64,000 nt of DNA, from positions 868,001 to 932,000 of the forward strand of contig LSRY02000026.1 in NCBI GenBank assembly GCA_001643675.2, in the 5' to 3' direction. The stretch comes from Monocercomonoides exilis PA203 (lineage: Eukaryota > Protista > Preaxostyla). The position numbers were made by a program, and so were the translations under genes. Numbering within the stretch: position 1 is the first letter of the stretch; every line of letters begins with the position of its first letter. Under the pieces are notes generated by a model. It was given only the letters and a program-made list of their open reading frames with translations. It had not been told where the DNA came from and did no database searches. Of this stretch, positions 37,198-47,598 are shown one piece after another.

Positions 37198-40100
37198 AAT
37201 TCGGGGGAAAGAGGAGGATGAGGATGTTGATTGAGATGAATTGGATGAAATGGGCGGATGAGTCTTGGAACAAGGGACTAATGTGGGTGTGCATGGGGAT
37301 TGGGATGGGGAAGAGGGAGCGAGTGCAAAGTGGAGTGTGACGTTGCTGTCGCAGTGTGTTGAACTTTGCAAGAGAGAGCCGAACAGAAAGTGAGGTGTAT
37401 GGGAGTGATGGGCAGGAAAAAGTTCGGTATCTGGACATGTGCTTTATTCAGCAAGTGAAGAAAATTCGATAATCATTTCATTGATTGATTGTGTGTGTAT
37501 ATTTTCCTTGTTTTTATGTTTCATGCTTTTATTTTTTGAGAATTTTGTTTTTTGCATTTTTATGTTTTGTTTGAGAAAAATACTCAGAATTGAATGGAGA
37601 TCAATCTCTTTTGTGAAATGAAAAACACTGAATGGAGCCAATGTTTGTCTTGAGATTGGAAGGCTTAATCAAATTGAATCTGTTTGAATGCCTTCTTTTC
37701 TTTTCTTTTCTTCTCTTCTCTTCTCAGGAAGCAGAGCTGATGAGCACAAACACTGGAATGGCCAGATAATGCCACAGCAATAAAAACAATTCAGTAATCA
37801 TGTCTATTGATAATTGAATGTGATGAACTTTGTTTTCAAAAGTGATAAATATGAATAGCTATATAAATTTAAAGAATGTGATTATTTTCTTTTTTTTGAA
37901 GAAGAAGAAGAAGGTTTGTTGATTTGATGCTATGAAGTGTGTGAGATCAAAAGATAAATAGGGGATTACAGATTGGGAATGAAATTGAATTTCAGTGCGA
38001 AGTGATTGAGGGGAGTCACTGAAATATCAAATGTTTCAGACAGTATTGTTCATGCACGAAAACAACAAATTCACCAAAGATTCCTATTATTTTCAATTGT
38101 GATGACATTTTTGTGTTAATAAGAGCCAGGGTGTGTTCAATCCTTTCAAGAAAAACGAATGATTGAGAATTGATTGAATGAGAGAAAAAAATTGTTATTT
38201 TGAAACATTTTCCAATTTTTGACATTGTTGACTCTAGTGGTATTTCGATGTGAAAAAATGATAAATGAAACTTTTGATAAATTCAAAACGAGATCTGACA
38301 AGTCCATTTTCTTCTCTTCTCTTTTTCCATCATTGAGTTCAAAAACATTAATTTTATAGGATCTGCATTTATCGTCTTTCTGAATAATTCAAAAATGGGT
38401 TTTCTTTTATTTGTCCCCAAAAGCAATTTTTCTTCAGCAATAACACTTTCTTTTATTTTCTGTGAATATTTCAGATTGTTCTTATTGCTTGGCATTTTAT
38501 TCATCCCAGTTCATCAAGAAGCTCATTGCCTGAAATTTCTTTTCTGATAAAAGTTAAAAAAATGAGAATGAAAAAGAAAGAGGGTATTTGGAATGAGAGT
38601 TGAAGCCTCAAAAGCACAGGCTCGGAGGTATTACAAAGAGCACTGCCTATAACGAATGTTTTTTGGATGAATGGGCGATTCTTTTTGATTTCATAATGTT
38701 TTTGATAAAACAATTTTTGATGCATTTGTATGATTATTTTTTTGCACCATTCCACAGAATACATAAAGTTGTATTTAAATCTGCATTTATCATTTTTGTT
38801 TTATTCTCAAAATCGAATCCTTGCTCCTTTATCTGTGAATATTTTCATCGAGAGTTTCGAGTGTTGACATTTCAGAAAGATGTCATCTGATTGACTTATG
38901 TGTGGAGCAAAATAACATCAAATAAATAACAAATACTCTTTTTTAATCACAAAAGAAAAAAATAAGAGTTGTTTTGTGATAGAAAGTCTATAACGATCGT
39001 TATGAATAACCAAAAAACATTTAAAAAAACATGGTTCAATCCCATCCAATAGTTGTTCATTCTCAAATAATTTATGTTTTATTGACGAACATTGATGCAT
39101 ACGATTGTTTGCATATTTGTCTTTTTGATTTTTTAAAAATAAATGAAAACGCATTTTGTTCATTTTTTTCAAAATCTTAATCACATTAACTTTTTCAAAT
39201 AACATTAGCGTGTTTGGTGTGCAAGTGAAATAAACTATTTGTATCATGAAAGTGTTCAAGCAATCATCATATTGCAGGATTGTGCTGGGAAGTTGTCATA
39301 AATGTTTATCATTTTAGTGTTATTTTTGTTTCCATAATATGAATAGATAAAAGGATTGAATCAAGAATGATTGGAAACAGATAATGGATGCGATCAACAC
39401 ATTGATTGAAATAACAAACGAAGATGGAATAATTACTCTTTTCACATAATTGATGTTAAAATAATTGACAGAATGATCAAAGATTGGAATTGGTCTCAAA
39501 CATATGGGTCATTCTTTCTGAAAAGTCGCATATGCATAATATTTGGGTTTAAAAAAATTGTTCATTATTTGATCATTTTTTTGCTTCAAATGCTAAAAAC
39601 ATTGTTACATATACAAATAGAATTCACAAACATATTTGATGAGAGAAAAAGTGAATATTGGAGAAATCTGACTGATTAATTACAAAAAATGATCAAACAA
39701 GGAACATTTAAATAAAACACAAAAATTTAACATTTGTGACTTTTCAAAATGAATGACCCATATTCAATTTTGATGATGAGGAACGTTTAAGATTGGGAAG
39801 AGTTGTTTGGAGGATGAGTGAATAGACTTGAAGAATATTTATTATGAAGAAGAAATGCGAAGATGATGATAGATGAAATTGAGAATAAGGAATATGAAAA
39901 AGAAAAAAAAGACACTGACTGAACTTTGAGAATGATGTTTTCACATTTCACTCTTGTTTTTCCAATTTGAAGAGAAATAAATGAATAAACCTCAAAAGGA
40001 AAAAATAATGACATTTATGGTTTTGTGTTGAATTAGTCAATAGGATATGTGGATTTTTAAACACAATTATATGTTTTTATTTTAATATTTTTTTGATTGG

Positions 40101-42225
40101 TCAAGTGGAAAAGTTGAAAAAAAAAATTGTTATTTCTTCATACAAGGTTTGTTTCGTCATTTGTGATATTTATTTTGAAAAGTTGCAATAGTTGAATTTT
40201 CAGGTTCATTGAAATATATAATTTTATAGAATTTTTTTCGATTGAACTATTGACAATCGCATTCAAACAAAATGAAACAATATCAAATTTTTAATAAGAA
40301 ATGATAAGTATTCCAGTCAATTTCGACAGATCAATTGAAAGAATTCTTTGAAAAATTACATATTTCACTGAATTAGATAATTTAACATTTGCGACTTTTC
40401 AAAAAGAACAACCCTTATTCACACATCAACTGATGATAGAAGTTTGAAAAAAATCCATTTTCCAAGGCTTTGGAAAGAAAAAAGACAATAATAATCAAAG
40501 ACATGAAGAATATGATCGTTTTATAGAAAGGCTTTCAAAATTGAGAGTGTCTGATATTCACAACAGTGTTTGAAAACTCTTTCTTCTGAATCATTATTCC
40601 ATGATAAAATGGTTTGGCTGCATTATTATTGTTATTCATTTCAAACCTATTCATGTTTGTTTGGTTTTTTTGCAGAAAGAACACCTTTATTTTTACTTGA
40701 AATAAATTGAAGAAACAAAAATTTGATGATTCATATTACTATTTTCTTAAACAATTGGTAAAGTGAAGCAATATTTTTGAGTTGCAAAAACCAAATGAAA
40801 AGAAATTTGCTAAATATTCACAAAATATTCAGATATATTCAATGATAAATCACCAAAATAATCTTTGTTGAATAAAGAAAATGTTTCATAGAAGCTTGTG
40901 ATGATATCCTCATATCCTTCTTCTTCCATCATTTTAAATATCTTCATTTTTGTTGACTTTCTCTTCCCTTCTTCTGCTTCTATATCTGCCTTTCTTTTCA
41001 ATTTTTTTGTAAATACCAAAAAGAGCTCCAAACAATTAAGGGAAATTTTATCTTCTGATGTTGATCGCAATATTTCTTCAATAAACATATCAACAGCTCC
41101 TTCCTTCAACATTGAATGAACGCTTTCAATTGTGTGATCCGGAATTGTCAGAAAAAACGTGAAATATGTCTCGAATATTTCTCTTTCATTCTCTCTTGAT
41201 GCTCTGCAGAGGGAGACAAAACAATGGATCAACCCAATAACTTCCAAAGTCCACACTTGGAAATTGTATAACAACTCTTCGAATATGAACGTCCATCTCC
41301 AAAGAATCTTCACTTCTTTCGTTTCTTTCAATTTACCCTCCATTTGATTCCAATCCACACATTTCCCCAGCATTTTGAATTCTTTTGAAGCTTCTCTTAT
41401 AAAATGAAGATCATTTAAAATAATTCCTTCTAAACTTTTATCAGGTAATCTGAAAATCAAAAATTGCCATGCTGATTGATAAGCAAGTTGCGTCAGATTG
41501 TTGTGTTCTTGATGATACTGTACAATCTCTTTAATCTCAGTCAGATACAACTCTTTTGAAACTTTCTTATAAAAAAGTTGAAAGAAATTCTAAAACTTCA
41601 ATAATAAGTTTGTGGTTCTCAAACATCATATTTACTAATGCCACTTAAAGCCAGAATAGCCATTTCCACTTCCTTTTGAGTCTCCTCGTTTTCATCTTTC
41701 CTCAAGGCAACTTTCATTAGACAAGAAACACAAATCGATATCAATTCTGAAAAACAACAGTTTCAAAGCAAAAGATAGCATTCATAAAGATTAATTAAAA
41801 GATTATCATTCTTTTCTTCTTTCTTCTTTTTTTCTTCAGCAATCTTCTTCTCAAATCTTTTCCTCAAAAGAGAATCACCAAAACTGTTATTCCAAATATT
41901 ATTCAATTTCTGGAAATGTCCAATGTGCTTTAACAGAAAAATAGCATTTTCCATCGAAAGCATCTCTTCTTCAATAATTTTGTCCATGTCGTTGAACAAT
42001 TTTGTTGTGAAAACGGATATATATTCTTCTTTATTCATTTTCTCCATCATTTCATTCAATACAAGGATTTTGAATTTCTGTTCATTCTCATCGTAACGTT
42101 CAATTTTATAAAACAACTCTACAATAAAAGTGCATAAGCACCTTTATTGTCAAGAAAATCTTCAATCAATTCCTTCTCTTATAATTGAGAACCACGATCT
42201 ATGGGTAGTCGCCACGATCGGATCA

Positions 42226-43149
42226 ATGATGCAATCACCATTTTTCCCGCAGACAACTGGACTTACACCGGCAACCGAAGCAGCCTCACTGCCAGGTGGG
42301 GTGCAAAGCCAGCTTGGGGTCCAAACGCTCCTTCCACCAATTCCTTCTTCTGCGTCGGTATCTTCTCAACCAAGTCCTCCGGAAACAGCGGCAAGAGCAA
42401 CCGAAGAAAAGAGCACAGAAGAAGAAACAGACTCAGACTTGCACGAAAGGGCTGCTGACGTTTTTAAAAGCATTTTCGGTCAGGAACCAAATAGATCCAT
42501 GTTTGATCTTCAACTTCCTACCTGTTCAATAGACAGTATTGAACAAGAATACGCGCTTCAGGATCTAAGCCCAGTATTGCAGCCAGCGCCTCCCCCCTTC
42601 CAAAAATCGGCCAATTGGTTTAATGATGCGTTGGATTCCGCGGGTTATTGAATAGAGCTGTGTTTGTATCAGGCTTTCAAGGCTCAGCTTCTGAGCTTGG
42701 CTGACTCAGACCCTCATCGGGAAAGTGCACAAAGGGGAGCTGACGCGTTACTGCTTATAGCGAAGGCATTGCAGGAGGCGAGAACAACCAGGCTGCAAGG
42801 AAGATTTGGTTTTCGGATGGCGGAGCAAATGAAATCAGAAAATGTGACGGGATTATTAACCGAACGCCAGGAGCAGATTTTAAAGGAGACAAGATTAGCG
42901 ACAAGCTCCTCAAACCCCGTTAAAGTGACGAGCAGAAAGTCAACAAGTTCCTTATGGTCTAAAGGAGAGAGGAGCTCTGCAACACAGGGGCTTCCAAGAA
43001 GAAATTACACTGGCCCAAGAAAGATCTGGGGCTCACATTTTTTTCGGAGAGGACCCCGCTCACAGGCAACACGAGAAGGAAAGAGGCAGAGAGATGGATG
43101 GACCACAACGAACTGGAGATACTACAGCCGAAGTCGGGGTCAACAATAG
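42226..43149 (+). CDS. DIRS-B ORF1 (gag-like), in-frame TGA at 42649-42651
   Basis: MMQSP..AASLPGG..DLSP..APPPF..DALDSAGY*IE..ALQEAR..RFGF..FFRRGPR; homologous to DIRS-A ORF1. Confidence 0.8.
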
Positions 43150-46100
43150 AGAGGGGAGATGGAGCGAGGAAAGGAGTCATGGGCAGGACAAGGATTGGAG
43201 GAAGAACGGAGTTTTTCATAGAGGCTTGGGAAAGAATTGGTGGTGCCAAGTTGATAAAACAGGGCGTGCAGGCGATGTGGAAAAGCAAACATATGAGAAT
43301 GAAGCTAAGGGATATGCCGTTCAGAGATGGAGCCGTTCACTCAAACGAAGATCAAAGAAAGGTGTTCGCAGATCTTCTGCAGGAACAGATAGAGACAGGA
43401 ATTGTGGAGGAGATAAGGTCAGAGGAGGTGAGGCACAGGAACAACGTGTTTTTGATCAGAAAGAAATCGGGAGCATGGAGGCAGATACTGGATTGCCGGA
43501 GATTGAACGCTGCCTTGATAAAGACGCACTTCAAATGCGACAACGAAAAGACAGTAGAGCGTGTGCTGAGAAGAAAAGATTACGCAGTCTCAGTGGATTT
43601 ACAACAGGCCTACTATCTGCTTCCGGTGTCCAAAGACCTAAGACCATATTTGGCTTTCAGATTTTCTGGAAAAGACTACACATTCAGAGGAATGCCGTTT
43701 GGTTTCGTAGACGCCCCAAGAATTTTCACGCACGCGATGAGGAAGGTGACTTCAGAAATCAGGAAACGATGGGATGTTCGGGTAATTGCATATTTGGACG
43801 ATTTCCTTATATTACACGAGAACAAGGAATACTTAGCACAGGCCGCCAAAGAGATTATCAGGTTTCTGGAGGAATTAGGTCTTTTGGTGAACCAGGAGAA
43901 AAGCCAGTTGACACCAAGAAGAAGGTTTTCTTTCCTTGGCTTCGAGTGGGACTCGTCGAAGATGAAGGTTCGGCTTGCAAGAGACAGAAAAGAAGCACTT
44001 AGTCGCTTGTGTCGCAGATGGGAAAAGGATTGTGCAAAAGCAAGAATTGTGAAAGTGAAAGATCTGGCTTCGTTTATTGGAAAACTCAATGCTGTTCGGT
44101 TTGTTCAGCCAGACGCTTCTCTATGGCTTCACTCCATGCATCGTATGCTCCAGAAAGGAATAAGGGAAAGAGGATGGAAAGGCAAATTGAAGTTGTATGC
44201 TTCAATCCTGCAGCAGATTCGGCAATGGATATCGAAGTTGAGAGCACACCCAAGACGCAGGCTTATCCCAGTATTTTCCCCGGATGCAACTCTTACAACA
44301 GATGCATCGGAGACGGCTTGGGGAGCTTCGCTCCTCTTGAACAACCAGCTCCTCGATGCGCACAATCCGTTCCCCCACAGAGTGAGAAAGCAATCATCCA
44401 ATTTCAGGGAACTAATGGCAGTATTTCGTGCTCTGAGCCACTTCGCACCATTCCTACAGGAACATCACGTGTCCTTTCTTCACCTAAGATCGGACAATAC
44501 ATCCGTGGTGTTCAACATAAACAGATGGAATGCAGGGAAGAAGCTTCGACCAGTGCTGAGGAAATTATGGAGACTAAAACAAGATCTAGGCATAGAGTTG
44601 AGAGCGTCACATGTTCCAGGTGTACTGAACACAAGAGCAGATGTGTTATCATGACTGGAGAGAGCAGGAGACTACGAGGTGCAGGACGAAGAATGGGAAA
44701 AGATAATGACGAAACTAAACATTGCTCCAACGCTGGACGCGTTTGCAGCGCAACACAATCGCAAAGTGGGAAGATGGTGCGGAATAGGAAGTCAGCTTGC
44801 AGAAGACGGACTGATGTTTCCCTGGAAGAACGAAGTCGTGTTAGCTCATCCACCGATCCCGCTTGTGATTCCGACGATCCAGAAAGCACGACAGGAGAGA
44901 GCACAAGTGATATTACTCCTGCCGAATTGGAAGGGACAGAATTGGGAGAGCTTGTTAAGGTCCATTCCCCATTTGGAATGGACTTGGAAGAATCAGAAGG
45001 AGGTTCTGCGGAAGGGTCCATCGATGCAATGGACAGGTGCGAGTCTTCCACCAGGTCGATTGAGGATAATCTGGCTGAATGCACCTTACGCGATGGGGAA
45101 CAATGGTGGAAGAATGCATTGGAACAAAAATCAATCCCTTTCTCGTTAGCAGAAGAGTGCAGAGCAGGCATATCCAGGAGCACATGGCGAGGGTATCTGT
45201 ATGGATTTGCTCATTTTGGAAAACAATGGAGAGAGTGTGGACATGGAAGAATACCGGAGTCTATTCAAGAGTGGGCCGCATGTTGTGCAAATGTGTTTCT
45301 ATCGCTTAGGAACGGTGGCATGAAGTTAACTTGCCTTCAATTGACAAGGGCAGCAGTATCGCTTTACTCCAATATTGTATTCTCTTCCTTCCTTGGAGAC
45401 ATCCCTATTATTCGTACCCTTTTTAGATCGTTCCGAAGGACGGACAAGTCAAGAAAGAAGAAGACAGGAGACATTTGGAATCCTCGAATAGTGCTTAGTT
45501 TCTTTTCTGGCCTGTGACCAAATGAAGGGTTAAGCTTTAAACAGCTCACTATGAAAGTGATTGTTCTAACGATGTTGTTTTCAGCTTGTAGATTCACGGA
45601 GCTCGAGAGGATCAATATGTTGGAAAGCAGATTTGAGGAGGAAGGCGTGTATTTGGACACAAGGTTGAAGACCTCAAACACACGCACGGAGATTGCTGTT
45701 CCGTTCTTACCAGAACTGAGTTTGATTTGTCCCGCATCAGCGATCCAGGAATTGTGGAAAAAAGTCCAAGAGAAAAACAGACACACAGACAAATTGCTTC
45801 TTAACACAGAGAACTTTCATCTGTTAGCTGTAGAAGGAATTCGGAAGCTCGCAAAGGAAGCGATTTATGATGCAGGAGTGCCCAAGAGATTCACACCTTA
45901 CTCGATCAAAGCAGCAAGCCTTTCAGCACTGACGATGGCAGGAATTCCCCCAGAACAAGTGGCAAGGTTTGCAAGATTGTCACCACGAACAAACACGTTG
46001 GTCAAACATTATTTTCGATCAAACCTAGCATCATCAATGGCCCGCGTTATTGCCTCTGCAACAAACGATCAAGAAGATAAAGCGAACAGGGAGGATGCAG

Positions 46101-46399
46101 ACAGCACAGCCATGTGCAGAAGATCCGAAACAAAGAAGAGAGGCGGAAATGAGAAAACAACTAAACCACAAGCCAATAGCTCCATTTGTCAACGAGAGAA
46201 TGCAGAACAAAGAAGTGGGGAAGAACAGCCAATGAGGCCTACAAGGATTGAAGAGCCCAGTGAAGGAAAAGGAGATACGCCAGAACAGGTAAAAGAGTTC
46301 ATAATCAGAACAAGGGCCCAAATAAGGAAGGAATCAGAGGAAAAGCAAAGGACGATCACGAAAGCTGTTCTGATGATGGTCTCATCATCTCCCAATTAA
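43094..46399 (+). CDS. DIRS-B ORF3: tyrosine recombinase frame overlapping all of ORF2; stops at 44000-44002 (TAG) and 45515-45517 (TGA)
   Basis: ORFs starting at 43094, 44009 and 45551 share a frame; STWRGY, TRAAVS, FSACRFTEL, LKT, ICPASA, YSIKAASLS, KHYF. Confidence 0.85.
43098..45149 (+). CDS. DIRS-B ORF2: RT, RNase H and methyltransferase-like domain, in-frame TGA at 44652-44654
   Basis: IGGRT..W, ILDCRRLN, VDLQQAYY, GMPFG, YLDD, LTTDAS, SSNFREL, RSDN, RADVLS*LERAGDY, LDAFA, HPPIPL. Confidence 0.92.
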
Positions 46400-47598
46400 C
46401 TTGTGTTCTCAATTATAAGAGAAGGAATTGATTGAAGATTTTCTTGACAATAAAGGTGCTTATGCACTTTTATTAGGAAAGAAAATCGAATATCAATTCC
46501 TTCTCTTTGGCCCACCACCGTTTCACTCCCACCCAGGTAAATAAGTGTTTCGAGTTATGGTGTTCTTGTTTATTCCTTTTCTTAGCGTTAATAAAGTATG
46601 TGATAACGCTTGTTCAGTTGGTTAGCTCGTTTTTTATCCAATTGTTGGTTTATGGTTAAGTTGTTGTGAAATTGTCGATTGCATTTCAGAATTTTCCACC
46701 ATTTCACAACCTTGATCCTCACGGGCGACTACCCATAGATCGTGGTTCTCAATTATAAGAGAAGGAATTGATATTCGATTTTCTTTCCTAAAAAAATGAA
46801 GAATAAATAAAATCGCAACAATCATGAATTAAAATGCAATATTGATGATGAACCTGCGAACTTTTCAGTGTTTCCCATCTCCTGCTTTTCAAAAATGCAT
46901 TGAATTCAAAAAACAATAAAAATTTATTCATTCATATGAAATTCACACATGTTTGGAAAGAAAAATCAGATGGAAAACAAAAACTCAAAATAGAAATAGA
47001 AGTATATGCCTTCACACTGTTTTTTCTTTTGTTGGCATGTTTTGACAAAGGATGATAACGATAATAAAGGATTTGTTGATTATATGTTATTTATTATGGA
47101 TCCAATGATCGTATTTTTATCTTTGAAGTGGAATATTCACTCAAGATTACGCATTTCATTTTCATATTTCCGAAACACATTTTTTTCCAATCACAAGAAA
47201 TCCGCAAGCAAACATGATTGATAAGAATCCTTTTAACTTTATTCTAATCTTCTTTTTTCTAATTTGCATCGTAATCACTTTCAAAGAAAGAATATGAATT
47301 TCAATAAGATTTTTTGTTAATTTTGCTGACAAGCAGGCATTTTTTCGGGGTGAAAATTTGTTTTTGGCGATTTATGGGCAGAGAATATTGAATTGGGAGC
47401 GAAGCTGTAAGAAAAATAAGAGAAATATAATTGGTTTTCTTTTCATTTTCATTTTCATTTTCTTTTTCTTTTTATGTTTTTGTTGTTTCAGATCATATGA
47501 ATTTTTGTCGATTTTTTAAAAAGCAAATAATGTTAAATCAAAATTTATTGATGTGAAAATTTTTTTTTATCAATTTAAAAAAGAATGAATAAATAAAA

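Larger units (their letters stand above)
42123..46791 (+). mobile_element. DIRS1-type tyrosine-recombinase retrotransposon, copy B (divergent from A; structurally complete, nonsense-mutated)
   Basis: Left ITR 42123-~42213; ICR 46405-46507 (reverse complement of the left end followed by reverse complement of the right end); right ITR ~46724-46789; three overlapping ORFs homologous to copy A. Confidence 0.95.
40810..46878 (-). pseudogene. Lineage-specific helical (E/K/L-rich) multigene-family member, interrupted by DIRS-B in intron 1; exons 46878-46854, 42118-41625, 41565-40810; one TGA at 41763-41765
   Basis: Spliced reading MGNTEKFA-ELFYKIERYDENEQK...CYLLL*NCC..CLMKVALRKDENEETQKEVEMAILALS..KYD-KVSKELYLTEIKEIVQYHQEHNNLTQLAYQSAWQFL...MEEEGYEDII; both GT-AG introns preserve frame. 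Confidence 0.8.

Noticed and set aside
38016-39680. Cluster of short AT-rich ORFs, possibly a decayed gene or element
   Set aside because: No recognisable motif or terminal repeats; cannot support a call.
26464-45517. TGA recoded or read through (many in-frame TGA stops in the DIRS elements and the host pseudogene)
   Set aside because: The stops sit at different positions in the two copies, align to different residues (G, R, W), one is TAG, and TGA ends normal genes here (9544, 37197, 58749).
22101-46791. The two DIRS elements as ends of one composite element carrying the 3069-aa gene
   Set aside because: Each has its own complete termini and ICR, they are divergent families, and B sits in an independently reconstructable intron.
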